From: Escherichia coli
GTDB taxonomy: Bacteria > Pseudomonadota > Gammaproteobacteria > Enterobacterales > Enterobacteriaceae
Assembly: GCF_003019035.1 (NCBI RefSeq)
Contig: NZ_CP027447.1
Reading direction: 5' to 3' (one strand)
Length of the DNA stretch: 64,000 bases
Below the pieces are notes generated by a model. The model searched no databases. It worked only from the letters and a program-made list of their open reading frames with translations, and was not told the origin of the DNA. The position numbers and the translations under genes were made by a program. Of the stretch, positions 9,388 to 18,955 are shown in pieces. Numbering within the stretch: position 1 is the first letter of the stretch; the number at the start of each line of letters is the position of its first letter.

Positions 9388-9915
9388 TCAATGGGAATGG
9401 TGATTAGAGTTCTGACCATCTGCAAATATGTTACCCGTTGCATGGGCGCTTCCGTTGATTTCCAGATCACCATTGAGTGTCGCGGGGCCGTTGATCGTGG
9501 TAACTCCCGTGAGGTCGAGGTTTTTCCCTTTGAGAGAGATATCAGCGGCAACCTCCACCACGATACGCTCAATACCTCCTCTGACCGTCAGCGTATGGGT
9601 CGCGCGGTTATAACTGAACTCCGCGCCATCAGCGTATTTCGTACCCCGGACGTTTTTATCTCTGAACGGCGGTTTATCGACGTCTGAGTACACCGCGCCC
9701 AGAATAACACCATCCTCGCCGTTGGCATCGAGCAGCACCTCAACCTGCTCCCCCACGTCAGGGAGCCAGTAATCCTTGTTATCCTGGGTATTGCGCTGCA
9801 GCACGTTAAGCCAGTTTGTGCGCAGATTATCGCATTCAGGCAGACGAACGCGGGCCTGAACCCTGTCGGCATCCACGGCACTGACCGTACCGACCTGACG
9901 GGTGACACCAGTCAT
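9388..9915 (-). CDS. Baseplate assembly/spike protein V-like (Mu gp45-like)
   Basis: 175 aa; position between hub and W genes. Confidence 0.6.
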   Translation of the reverse strand: MTGVTRQVGTVSAVDADRVQARVRLPECDNLRTNWLNVLQRNTQDNKDYWLPDVGEQVEVLLDANGEDGVILGAVYSDVDKPPFRDKNVRGTKYADGAEFSYNRATHTLTVRGGIERIVVEVAADISLKGKNLDLTGVTTINGPATLNGDLEINGSAHATGNIFADGQNSNHHSH

Positions 9916-11066
9916 TTTTTCTTCTCCTTAATCACCGTCGATGTACTGCCATCCGGGTGATAAACCGTGAGTTTCTGAGTTTTTTGTTTTTTCCCTCTTG
10001 TGACTGGCCCCCGTGCCACTTCCAGCTCTGTGGTGTAGCCGCTGTTACGCTCAAACGCATGGCGGGCAGTGGTTATGAGCCATGGCCCGGATAACTGCCC
10101 AAAGCCCACCAGTTCAATTTTGTTGCCTGCTGTCAGTTGAGGCGTTCCCGTCAGCGTCAGGGAGCCGTTCTGCTGGTATTCGTTATGTCTGGCCAGTGCT
10201 GAATCCGCTTTAATCCGGGCACTGTCCGGGTCGCTGACGCGACTGTTAACTTTAAGTGAGTCAGCGCTGGTAACCTTACCACCTTTGAGCTTTTTGTCGC
10301 TTTCACGGGTACCACCATCAGCTTCGTAGACGATCAGTTTTTTACTGCTGCTTTTCTGGTGTTTTACCTTTGCAGATTTATAGACCCGGTTGATGGTGTC
10401 ACGCAGGGAAAAGCGGGCCACATCCTGCGGTTTTAACTGCCTGACCGGCTCCTGACTGCGCAGTGTGGCCAGATGAGAAAAAATCAGCTGGTCACTGACC
10501 ACTTTCACTGCATAACCATACTCGCTGGCCAGCCGGCGCAGAAAACCCACGTCGGTTTCAGCATACTGGGTCACCCGGTCGATTCTGATGGACTCAATGC
10601 TGCCCACCAGTTTCAGCCGGTGCTTTCTGGCAATCCGCCCCGCAACAGCTGCCAGCGTGGTGTTCTCAAAACCACGGCTGGATTTAGTCCGCAGAGCACT
10701 GTTAACCGAGGTGGCCACCCCACGGATAGCGACAACGGACGCGGGCGAACTCACTTCGATCTCGTCTATTGAGAATGTACCGCAGGACAGCAGTTTCTCG
10801 CCCTGATAACCCATTTTCAGCGTCAGCGTGTCACCCTTGCCCGGATACCACTTATCCAGCCAGCGGCCATCGGTGTCGTCCAGCTCCACCTCAATGGTAT
10901 CGGACTCATTTTTGATGTTATCGCTCCAGACCACACGGGTGACATAAGGCGCGATATCAGAGGTGATGTTTTTCTGCAGATACCACAGAGTGAATACCGG
11001 CGTCAGCACATCGCTGACGCCGGTTAACGCTGATGTGGCTTGCGCAGTACTGTTTATCTCAGCCAT
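9912..11066 (-). CDS. Baseplate hub protein (P2 gpD / Mu gp44-like)
   Basis: 384 aa, size and position of late control D / Mu P. Confidence 0.6.
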   Translation of the reverse strand: MAEINSTAQATSALTGVSDVLTPVFTLWYLQKNITSDIAPYVTRVVWSDNIKNESDTIEVELDDTDGRWLDKWYPGKGDTLTLKMGYQGEKLLSCGTFSIDEIEVSSPASVVAIRGVATSVNSALRTKSSRGFENTTLAAVAGRIARKHRLKLVGSIESIRIDRVTQYAETDVGFLRRLASEYGYAVKVVSDQLIFSHLATLRSQEPVRQLKPQDVARFSLRDTINRVYKSAKVKHQKSSSKKLIVYEADGGTRESDKKLKGGKVTSADSLKVNSRVSDPDSARIKADSALARHNEYQQNGSLTLTGTPQLTAGNKIELVGFGQLSGPWLITTARHAFERNSGYTTELEVARGPVTRGKKQKTQKLTVYHPDGSTSTVIKEKKK

Positions 11067-11269
11067 GGGGCAATATCCTCTTCTGTACGGGCATCTTCAG
11101 CCTCAATAACCGGGATCAGTAACAACAACCCGGAGGGCAGCACCGGCGTAATGGCCACGTGCGGATTGGCTGCAATAATCCGGGGATAGCCCAGCGGGTC
11201 ACCGTAGTACTGCCATGCCAGCGAATCCCAGCGCTCTCCGTCACGGGTAATATGTTCAAGAAACATCAC
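11054..11269 (-). CDS. Tail protein X-like
   Basis: 71 aa small protein between the U-like and hub genes. Confidence 0.45.
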   Translation of the reverse strand: MMFLEHITRDGERWDSLAWQYYGDPLGYPRIIAANPHVAITPVLPSGLLLLIPVIEAEDARTEEDIAPWLR

Positions 11270-12150
11270 ACACTCCTCGTCAGTATTCTGGCGGCCATTG
11301 CACTTAATCCCGGAGACATGCGGTTGAATGCTGTGCCGGCGGCGTTAAGCTGCCCGGAAACGGTATCCAGAGCACCTGCAATATTTCTTTTGTCCACACC
11401 ACTCAGCGCCGACTGCGCCTGCTGTACATACGTGGCTGCCTCACTGGCTGTTCTGGCCAGACTGATGGCATCGGGCATGGATTCAGAGAGTGCATTAAAC
11501 GCCGGAACACTTTTCCCCAGAGCTCCGGATATATTACCCAGTCCGCTCATCAGTCCCGGCACACGGGTCAGCGCGACAACGGGGTTACCCTTCATTTTCT
11601 GCGCCACCCGAACGGCACTGATAGTGGTCTGGAGTACAGACTGCGCCTGTTTCGCATAGTTGACGCCGTTACGGACGAACTGCGCCACCCCGGAAGGCGA
11701 TGGAACAGCACCAGATACGGCCCCGGCACCGGGAACCTGCCTGCGTATTGCCGGCGGTTGCAGAGGATTTTTCGGGTCACCGGTGTATTCCCGGAGAGAC
11801 ACGGTGGCACTGACAGCCAGCACGTTACCGGTGCTGTCTGTCTGCTCGCTGGTTGCGGTCACATCGGTAATCACGAACCAGCCGCGATAGTCACCGTTGC
11901 CGAAGACCAGCGCCAGTGCCTGATGGGCCTTCATGGCTGTTCGCACTCTCGCCAGCTCCACGTCGGGCACACAATAATGCTGATGGAAGACCAGGCTTAT
12001 CTGGATTTCGTCCAGCCTGTCGCCGACGAACTGCAGGCCGGGTTTACCCTCGATGCGGGCATGCTCCGCATAATCGACGCCAAACGTGGCCTCGAAGCCG
12101 TCCCAGTAGGTAATCAGTTCAAACTCAATATCACCCAGTACGGCAAACAT
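11266..12150 (-). CDS. Tail protein U-like / DNA circularisation protein N-like
   Basis: 294 aa; N-terminal ~130 aa resembles P2 gpU; Gly/Ala/Ser-rich C-terminal extension; directly downstream of the tape measure gene. Confidence 0.55.
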   Translation of the reverse strand: MFAVLGDIEFELITYWDGFEATFGVDYAEHARIEGKPGLQFVGDRLDEIQISLVFHQHYCVPDVELARVRTAMKAHQALALVFGNGDYRGWFVITDVTATSEQTDSTGNVLAVSATVSLREYTGDPKNPLQPPAIRRQVPGAGAVSGAVPSPSGVAQFVRNGVNYAKQAQSVLQTTISAVRVAQKMKGNPVVALTRVPGLMSGLGNISGALGKSVPAFNALSESMPDAISLARTASEAATYVQQAQSALSGVDKRNIAGALDTVSGQLNAAGTAFNRMSPGLSAMAARILTRSV

Positions 12151-14615
12151 CAGCTGTACTCCTTACGTTGTTTCTGAGCCAGCAGACGCTCCAGCATTTT
12201 TTCCAGCTCATGCAGGCTCATATTCAGGGCACCAGCCAGCCCGGCAGGCGCTGCGGTTTCCTTACCATTGAGGAAAAACTGAGGATTAAAGCTGACCTGG
12301 ATACCGCCAGACGCTCCACCGCCGGTTGCCGTTGCGCCACGGCCTGAATATCCGGCAGCCATGATTTCCGGCGACGGGATACGGGGAACATCCGGTGTCA
12401 TTTCAGCGGCCAGACGCTGCCCGGCCAGTGCAGCAAGCGGAGTGGTCCGTTGCAGGCCAATGGCGGCACCCTGCGCGATATTGTCACCAAAGCCTATAAA
12501 CACGCGACTCGGTGAATGGATGCCCAGCTTTTCGCTGAACCAGTCACTGATGCTGTCACCCATTCCGGTTATGCTGGTTTTCAGTGACTCCCATTTGTTT
12601 CTGATGCCATTTATCAGCCCGTCAATAAGATGACCACCGAAGTCGGTGAATTTCGCCGGCAAATCAACGCCGAGATATTTCAGCGCAGCCGCAAAGGCTT
12701 TATAAAGCAGACCTGCCGGAGACCAGTTAACCAGCAGTTTACCAATTCCCGCGATACCGCCGTTAAAGGCTTCCTGAATGTCAGCCCAGCGCTGTTTAAA
12801 CCAGCTACTGACCGCGCCCCAGTTGCGGTAGATAAGGTAAGCTGCTGCCGCGACGGCGGTGATAGCGAGACCGATGGGATTCATCATCAGCGCCCGGCCA
12901 ATCCAGAGAACGGCACGCCCGGCGCTCATAATTCCGCGAACCAGCCCCCCTGAGAGCACACCCCCCAGTGTTCTGGCTCCTCTGGCGACGGCACCAAAGC
13001 CTGTCACCAGCCAGCGGAGTTTACCGCCTTCCCCCAGTGCGAGCATCAGACGAAGCCAGTTGGCCCGAAGTAAAACAGCATTTTTCCAGACGCTTACAAA
13101 GGGGGAAATAAGGAGATTCAGCCCAAACTTGAGACCGATAGTGGCCATCCTGAAAGCGAGTAATGCGCCCACAACCTTTATGGTGCTGCTGACGAGCTGC
13201 GGATTTGCCGCTATCCATTTGCCGACGCTGTCCATTAAAGGAATAAATGTTTCACCCAACTGGAGCAAAGCCGGACGCAAGGATTGCCCGATGCTGATAG
13301 CAGAATCATTAAAGCCGATCTGCATTCTGCGCCAGCGACCTTCAAGCGTATCATTCTGCTTTGCAGCATCCTTATCCAGGGTAGACATTGCAGCCGGAGC
13401 ATTCATTTCCTGCTTACTGGAAAGGTATTTATCCCAGCCCTGTCGCATTGACAGTAAATGGTTGACAGTCTGAATATCGGTAAAGACCTCAGCCAGACCA
13501 AATGACTCCATGAGTTTCTGCTGACCTTCCTGATCGCCTCTTGCTCCTGCAGCTTTCCATTGCTGCAAAAACGCTTTGCCTTTACTGTCGATAAAACGGT
13601 TGGCAATCATCAGTGAAGCTTCGTACTGCGAAAAACCCTGAGCGACGTAATTCTGCATTGACCCCGGGTAATCCACCCCGGCTTTAGCATATTTCTGGAT
13701 GGTATCTCCGCGGCCCATTGCTGCCAGCCAGTTGGACATATTGGTGACCGCTTCCTCTGCAGAGCCACTACCTTTACCGACCTCCAGACTGGCAACAATC
13801 TGGGTAATCGCATCTTTTCCATAAATACCACGAGCAGCGAAGGCTTTAGCCATACCGGGTAATGCTTTTGCCATATCCTTCAGCTCAAATGACCCAAGTT
13901 TGGCTCCTGTTGCCGCAATACCAAATGCCTGTTCAAGTTCTTTCGCATCAGTGATTCTGAGTGCATCGCTGAAGGCATAAGTCATTTTGGCAAGGTCGGT
14001 CATATCGGCTTTGGTTGCTGTAGCGGTCTTTCCAAGCATCTCTGCAAACGTTGCTGCCCGTTCGGGGGCCATACCATCAGCAACTAATTGTCCGACTCCC
14101 CCTAACAGAGACTCCTGCAGTTGGTTAACCTTCAGCGAGGCCTGTCTGATAGCCAGGCCAATTGCACGTTCCTGTTTTGCATCCAGGTCTCCTGTGACAC
14201 TGATATCCCGTAACTGTGATTCAAACGAGGCATATTGTTTAACCGAGGCCATGACCGGTGCGCCCAGCGTTCTGCCAATAGCATAGGTTTCTGCACCCTG
14301 ACCATAGAGCGCCAGGCGGTTAGCCTTCAACGCATCACCGGTGGCTGATACTGCTGACAGACGGCGCTGCTGACGTTCAATTTGCTCCATGGTGCGGCTT
14401 ACCCGCAGCAACTCGCTGTTGAGATGCTGCATCCGGGAAGAACCCAGTTGACCATAACGTTCTGTTGCCCGGGTTAAGGCATTCTGGCGTTCCTGCAGAC
14501 GGCGGGAGGTATCACCAAGGGAATCAAGGGCGCGTCGGGTGCCACTGACGGCTGAGCGGAAGCTGCTCCCGACAATGCCGCCAATAATGACGCCGACTGA
14601 AAATTCACTGGCCAC
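12150..14615 (-). CDS. Tail tape measure protein
   Basis: 821 aa, alpha-helical N-terminus and Gly-rich hydrophobic central segments; downstream of the chaperone pair, as in Mu and P2. Confidence 0.8.
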   Translation of the reverse strand: MASEFSVGVIIGGIVGSSFRSAVSGTRRALDSLGDTSRRLQERQNALTRATERYGQLGSSRMQHLNSELLRVSRTMEQIERQQRRLSAVSATGDALKANRLALYGQGAETYAIGRTLGAPVMASVKQYASFESQLRDISVTGDLDAKQERAIGLAIRQASLKVNQLQESLLGGVGQLVADGMAPERAATFAEMLGKTATATKADMTDLAKMTYAFSDALRITDAKELEQAFGIAATGAKLGSFELKDMAKALPGMAKAFAARGIYGKDAITQIVASLEVGKGSGSAEEAVTNMSNWLAAMGRGDTIQKYAKAGVDYPGSMQNYVAQGFSQYEASLMIANRFIDSKGKAFLQQWKAAGARGDQEGQQKLMESFGLAEVFTDIQTVNHLLSMRQGWDKYLSSKQEMNAPAAMSTLDKDAAKQNDTLEGRWRRMQIGFNDSAISIGQSLRPALLQLGETFIPLMDSVGKWIAANPQLVSSTIKVVGALLAFRMATIGLKFGLNLLISPFVSVWKNAVLLRANWLRLMLALGEGGKLRWLVTGFGAVARGARTLGGVLSGGLVRGIMSAGRAVLWIGRALMMNPIGLAITAVAAAAYLIYRNWGAVSSWFKQRWADIQEAFNGGIAGIGKLLVNWSPAGLLYKAFAAALKYLGVDLPAKFTDFGGHLIDGLINGIRNKWESLKTSITGMGDSISDWFSEKLGIHSPSRVFIGFGDNIAQGAAIGLQRTTPLAALAGQRLAAEMTPDVPRIPSPEIMAAGYSGRGATATGGGASGGIQVSFNPQFFLNGKETAAPAGLAGALNMSLHELEKMLERLLAQKQRKEYS

Positions 14616-14707
14616 GGTGGCTATCCTCTGAAAGCAAAAAAACGGAAGGGAAGTGTCTGAACCCCATGCAGAACAGCCGCGACTGGCGGCTGTTAAGTGA
14701 TACGTTG

Positions 14708-14965
14708 TTACTGATTGTCGCCGAACTCGCTTTTGATTTGCTCTTCAGCCTGCTCCAGCCACATCTCCAGATCGTCAGTATCGAGGGCATCAATCTCCCC
14801 CGGCTGAAACCTGAACCATCTCGCCAGCAGGCCCTGCGCCTGCATCAGTGTTTTTGTCGCTCTTGCCCAGCCCAGTGATTTTCTGAAATCGTTTCTGCAG
14901 CTCCATATAGTCGGCAAGATCCATGTTATCGAGGTCTTCCGGGAGGATACCGGTGCTACGGGCAA
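14708..14965 (-). CDS. Overlapping ORF, candidate frameshift extension of the tail assembly chaperone
   Basis: 85 codons in the +1 frame relative to 14790..15131, overlapping its 3' half and ending ~90 bp before the tape measure start. Confidence 0.4.
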   Translation of the reverse strand: MPVAPVSSRKTSITWILPTIWSCRNDFRKSLGWARATKTLMQAQGLLARWFRFQPGEIDALDTDDLEMWLEQAEEQIKSEFGDNQ

Positions 14966-15131
14966 TCAGTGGTTCGTCCCAGTCTGCCGGGTCTTTGTTG
15001 ATTTTGCGCACCTGCTTCAGGTCTTTAACTGTCAGGCGTTTCAGTTCAATCTGTTCAATTCTGGTACCTGCAGCAGTGGTGAAAGGATAAGACAGCGTAA
15101 AAGTATCGGACTGGGTCTGTGACATGATCAT
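14790..15131 (-). CDS. Tail assembly chaperone (P2 gpE / Mu gp41-like)
   Basis: 113 aa ORF immediately upstream of the tape measure gene. Confidence 0.6.
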   Translation of the reverse strand: MIMSQTQSDTFTLSYPFTTAAGTRIEQIELKRLTVKDLKQVRKINKDPADWDEPLIARSTGILPEDLDNMDLADYMELQKRFQKITGLGKSDKNTDAGAGPAGEMVQVSAGGD

Positions 15132-15222
15132 ACTCCTTTGTAAATTCAGAGCAGTATGTCTGGCGGTGGACGTGACGGATATTAAAGGGGATTAAGAAGA
15201 AGGGGCCGGAGCCCCTGTGATG

Positions 15223-15504
15223 TCAGCAAGTGCGAAAACCCTTGCAGTTACGCAGGAAAGCGATGAGAAGCGCCTTTCCCTCAGATTTGCCGATGCCGGA
15301 GAACCAGTGGTCGGGCGGCTCCCATGCTTCAATCAAATCGGCCAGTTTTCGGGCCTTTGAACGTGTGCAGTCAATCGGGTCATTGGTTTTACGGGTATTA
15401 AAAAGGGTTTCCACCCCCGGAATATCAAGGAGGGTAAACCACGTACCATTTGACATGCCCAGTGACGCACATCGCCCTCCTTTGTCAGTCAGTTCAACAC
15501 TCAC
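15223..15504 (-). CDS. Hypothetical protein
   Basis: 93-aa ORF between the tube and chaperone genes; no recognisable motif. Confidence 0.3.
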   Translation of the reverse strand: MSVELTDKGGRCASLGMSNGTWFTLLDIPGVETLFNTRKTNDPIDCTRSKARKLADLIEAWEPPDHWFSGIGKSEGKALLIAFLRNCKGFRTC

Positions 15505-15506
15505 CG

Positions 15507-16028
15507 TCAGCCCCCGATATTGATCCGATAGTCAGTCAGTTGATCAACGCCACCGACGCGGAAGATGTTGGCCAGATAGTCCAGTTGCAGCAACTCTTCA
15601 CCATCCAGTACCTGTCTGATATACGTGCAGGTGAAGCTACTGGAGAACTCGGCGTTCTCGTGCTGTTTAAACGTCCCCAGCGGGTTCTTCTTGAACATAA
15701 TTGTCAGGAAGGTGACCAGCGGGATTTCGTCGATCAGCCCCTGCGAGCTGTAGCGCTGGACGCTGGAGCGACACTGCAGCGCCAGCGACCTGTACGGGTT
15801 CGCGGCAGACAGCATCGCATCGCGGTAAAAGCTGTTCCATTTGATTTCGCCTTCCAGTTTGTCAAAACCAGCCGGGAGTTCCACCTTACCCACCATCCCC
15901 AGTGCCTTGTGCTCCTGCATAATCATGGAGACATCGGGGAGTTTAACCTCCTCAGCCCGTCCCAGCAGGTTAGTACCATCCAGATAGATGTTGGCATTCG
16001 TGATTCGGTTTATCTCAATCTTTGACAT
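15507..16028 (-). CDS. Tail tube protein (Mu M / P2 FII-like)
   Basis: 173 aa directly downstream of the sheath gene. Confidence 0.7.
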   Translation of the reverse strand: MSKIEINRITNANIYLDGTNLLGRAEEVKLPDVSMIMQEHKALGMVGKVELPAGFDKLEGEIKWNSFYRDAMLSAANPYRSLALQCRSSVQRYSSQGLIDEIPLVTFLTIMFKKNPLGTFKQHENAEFSSSFTCTYIRQVLDGEELLQLDYLANIFRVGGVDQLTDYRINIGG

Positions 16029-17455
16029 CAGTTGCCCCCTTTCAGGGTTAACAGGTATTCCGAGGTGATCTCAGTCTCAAACGTCAGTCGCTCCAGCGGC
16101 GGTGGTGGCGTATATTTGTAGCTCAGCAACAGGTGCCCGGCGGCCAGCTCCGTTTCCGGATTGCGGGCCGGATCAAACCAGCAACGGAAGCCCAGTACCG
16201 CGCCATCACCAGTCATTTTGCGACCGTAAGCGTTGACCGACTCCGTCAGTGCATCAATCAGCGCCTGAGTAATCGGCATGTCGATGTACTGCTGGCTGAA
16301 GTAACGAATGGACTCATTGATCACATCACCGGTGCGGCGAACGTTCTCAAAGTTACGCATATGGGTGACCGTTGGCCATGCTGCCGTCCGGTTACCCCAC
16401 AGACGAAGGCCGCTGCCGTAACTGCTGAATACCGTGGTGATCCCCTGTTCGTTAAGCAGGTTCACCTCGCTCTGCGGATCGTCAATCATTGCCGACAGCT
16501 GGCGCTCCACGCCGGTGATCCCCAGAATCTCCTGATTGGAGGATGACCACCAGTACCCTTTGTCCAGGTCGACTCTGGCACGCAGGCCCGCCGCACGCTG
16601 GCTCAGTGGCTCCAGACGCTCCGTGTTCGTCACCGGGTCATATACCTTCACATGCGGGTAGCACAGGCGGACACGGTCAGAGCTGGTATTAAAGTTAATG
16701 GTGCCTTCCGGGCCACGTCCCGCCAGAGCCTGCGCAAAAGTGGTACCAACCGGCGCATCAATATAGGTTACTGCTCCCAGTTTCTCAGCCATGGCGATAA
16801 GCTCAACCGAGACGCTGTTCTGGGTGCAGAATACCGGAGCAATCAGGATTTTGGCGAAGTAGCCAAACAGGTTAAAACTGTCGTTAAGCAGCTTCATGCC
16901 GGTACGGTTGCCTGCAGCGTTAACGGTACCGATGATATCAGCCGGGGTGACTTTGGTCGGATCAGCATAGTTATAGCTGGCCTTCACCGTTGCATCTGCA
17001 GCAATGCTTTTACCCAGGTTAGTAATCACCCCGGTCTGTGCATCAAGCGAGTAGTCCTGACCTTCAACATAAGGCTGACCGTCGCTGTCCGGTTTCAGTA
17101 CCAGCTGCGCGACCACCGGATTAGCCAGCCGGGCTCTGCCTGTCGCCTTGTCGAACGACACATTCTCACTGACCACAGCGGTTTTATGCACAGACGGATC
17201 GAGTACGTTAATGACCAGAACGGTGCCTGCACCATGGTCATAAATCGCATCCAGCGCCTGCGGAATGGTAAAGCCGGTGAACTGGCTGCCAAATGCCGCT
17301 GCGTCTTTCTCAGACAGGCACTGTACCAGCGTATTGACATCCCCCATTGGTGCGGTACCAATCAGGCCAATAACGGCAGATTTCACCGTTTTAACCGGGC
17401 GGGCACCGTTTTCCACTTCAATGGTTTCGACGCCATGCAGATAGTTAGCTGCCAT
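16028..17455 (-). CDS. Contractile tail sheath protein (Mu L / P2 FI-like)
   Basis: 475 aa; size and position typical of a sheath protein. Confidence 0.8.
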   Translation of the reverse strand: MAANYLHGVETIEVENGARPVKTVKSAVIGLIGTAPMGDVNTLVQCLSEKDAAAFGSQFTGFTIPQALDAIYDHGAGTVLVINVLDPSVHKTAVVSENVSFDKATGRARLANPVVAQLVLKPDSDGQPYVEGQDYSLDAQTGVITNLGKSIAADATVKASYNYADPTKVTPADIIGTVNAAGNRTGMKLLNDSFNLFGYFAKILIAPVFCTQNSVSVELIAMAEKLGAVTYIDAPVGTTFAQALAGRGPEGTINFNTSSDRVRLCYPHVKVYDPVTNTERLEPLSQRAAGLRARVDLDKGYWWSSSNQEILGITGVERQLSAMIDDPQSEVNLLNEQGITTVFSSYGSGLRLWGNRTAAWPTVTHMRNFENVRRTGDVINESIRYFSQQYIDMPITQALIDALTESVNAYGRKMTGDGAVLGFRCWFDPARNPETELAAGHLLLSYKYTPPPPLERLTFETEITSEYLLTLKGGN

Positions 17456-17699
17456 GGGAGTCCTCCGTTTTCACTTCGCTGTCACTGCTGCTTCTGCGCT
17501 TTGGTGACTGCACTGCCGGTGTGACGGCGGGTTTAGTATCTTCTGGTACCGGCGTCAGATGCTTCAGCGCCACCAGTACCTTCACGTAGTCATGCTCCTC
17601 CGGCAGGGAAACCGTCTTCCCCGGCCAGAGCAGGATTTCGGTTCCGTCCCACAGCGTGACGCCGCTGGCCGGGCCGGAATAGCGGTATTCTTTCATCAC
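17445..17699 (-). CDS. Hypothetical head-tail connector region protein
   Basis: 84-aa ORF overlapping neighbours in operon style. Confidence 0.4.
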   Translation of the reverse strand: MMKEYRYSGPASGVTLWDGTEILLWPGKTVSLPEEHDYVKVLVALKHLTPVPEDTKPAVTPAVQSPKRRSSSDSEVKTEDSHGS

Positions 17700-18160
17700 T
17701 CGCTTTCCTCATAGTTCACTTCGGTTAACAGCGGGCCGGACGGTAAATCGCTGTCTTCGATAAAGACGCTTTCAGTCGCGAAGTCGAGGGCGTATTGCCA
17801 CAGCCCCCTGACTTCACCGATGAACACCTCGCGGGTCAGCCAGATACGGCGGCGGCAGCCGGGCGGGGTGTGGCCGCCGAGAATGCGGCGGACAGCATCC
17901 AGGACATTAATCGCCCCTTTTTTACCGTTGAGCTGGCGGAAGACCACCGTGACGCAGAGCTGGATAGTCTGAGACTGGATCACCGCACCGGTATCATCCG
18001 GCCTGTCAAAGCGCGAACCGGCATAGCTCAGCAGCAACGCGCCAACCGGATGGTTCAGGCGATATTCAGCCGGTTTCTCCGGGAAGTACTCCACCTGCAG
18101 TTGCGGCAGCTTCTCGCGTAACCGGGCCAGTACCGCATCAAGGACGGGCAGAACGTTCAT
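17696..18160 (-). CDS. Putative head-tail joining/completion protein (Mu gp37-like position)
   Basis: 154 aa; gene order. Confidence 0.45.
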   Translation of the reverse strand: MNVLPVLDAVLARLREKLPQLQVEYFPEKPAEYRLNHPVGALLLSYAGSRFDRPDDTGAVIQSQTIQLCVTVVFRQLNGKKGAINVLDAVRRILGGHTPPGCRRRIWLTREVFIGEVRGLWQYALDFATESVFIEDSDLPSGPLLTEVNYEESE

Positions 18161-18606
18161 CAGTATTTCTCCAGTAAACCGTCACGACCGCCGAAAGTGG
18201 CCAGGCGGCTGCGTACACGAAACTCGCCAGGCTCAGGCACATCTTTCTGAGTGGACGGCAGCCCCAGCGTGAGCCTGTTATCACGTAACTCCCTGAGTTG
18301 CCGCAGCGCTTCTTTGTGGTCATCCTTCACCGTATCCGGGAGGTCACCTTCCGGGCGGCGGGCGTAGAGCCGGTAACGGACCAGCGTGATGGCAATGTCC
18401 CGCAGAACAGTCGGTATCTCTGCCAGTGGCAGGATATAGCGTCCGCGCAGATGGGCATCAATCAGCTCGTCGGCATAGCGGATACAGCTGTCCACCACAC
18501 GGGTATTCACTGTTGCAGGCGAGTCGAAGTCCATCTCTTCACTGGTGAGCTCGATCAGCGTTCGTTCCGGCACCTGCGCAAGCAAATCCTCCAGGGTGCA
18601 GTACAT
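18160..18606 (-). CDS. Putative head completion protein (Mu gp36-like position)
   Basis: 148 aa from the ATG MYCTLEDLLAQV...; the track ORF is longer from an upstream alternative start. Confidence 0.45.
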   Translation of the reverse strand: MYCTLEDLLAQVPERTLIELTSEEMDFDSPATVNTRVVDSCIRYADELIDAHLRGRYILPLAEIPTVLRDIAITLVRYRLYARRPEGDLPDTVKDDHKEALRQLRELRDNRLTLGLPSTQKDVPEPGEFRVRSRLATFGGRDGLLEKY

Positions 18607-18607
18607 G

Positions 18608-18946
18608 TCACACCCCGCGCAGGATACGAATGACGTCGCCTTCACCCCCGGCTTCATCAAGTGCAATACCACAGGATTTACCGTCGCCGGACTGCGGCAC
18701 GGCTCTGGCCTGAGCATCTGACTGAACAGCCACACCACGGCTGACCGCAGCACCGGCCTCAACAGCAATAATGCCCAGAACGCTCACCGGCGTGCTGTCG
18801 CCGGTAACAGCATCCACATCGGCAACCCCGAGCGCTGCGGCACCGGCTTTACAGGGGGTATTATCTGCCCCGACAAAACGCTGCTGTGCCAGTTCTGCCC
18901 CTGCCGTTACGGTTGTAATCAGAATGACCTGCTGAGTGGTTCCCAT
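18608..18946 (-). CDS. Hypothetical Gly/Ala-rich head protein
   Basis: 112 aa directly downstream of the major capsid gene. Confidence 0.4.
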   Translation of the reverse strand: MGTTQQVILITTVTAGAELAQQRFVGADNTPCKAGAAALGVADVDAVTGDSTPVSVLGIIAVEAGAAVSRGVAVQSDAQARAVPQSGDGKSCGIALDEAGGEGDVIRILRGV

Positions 18947-18955
18947 AACGCCTCC

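Noticed and set aside
7672-12177. Plus-strand ORFs antisense to the tail genes (for example 7938..8396, 8532..9005, 11159..11659, 11758..12177)
   Set aside because: They overlap minus-strand structural genes with clear phage-protein character and operon-style coupling, and have low-complexity translations typical of antisense frames.
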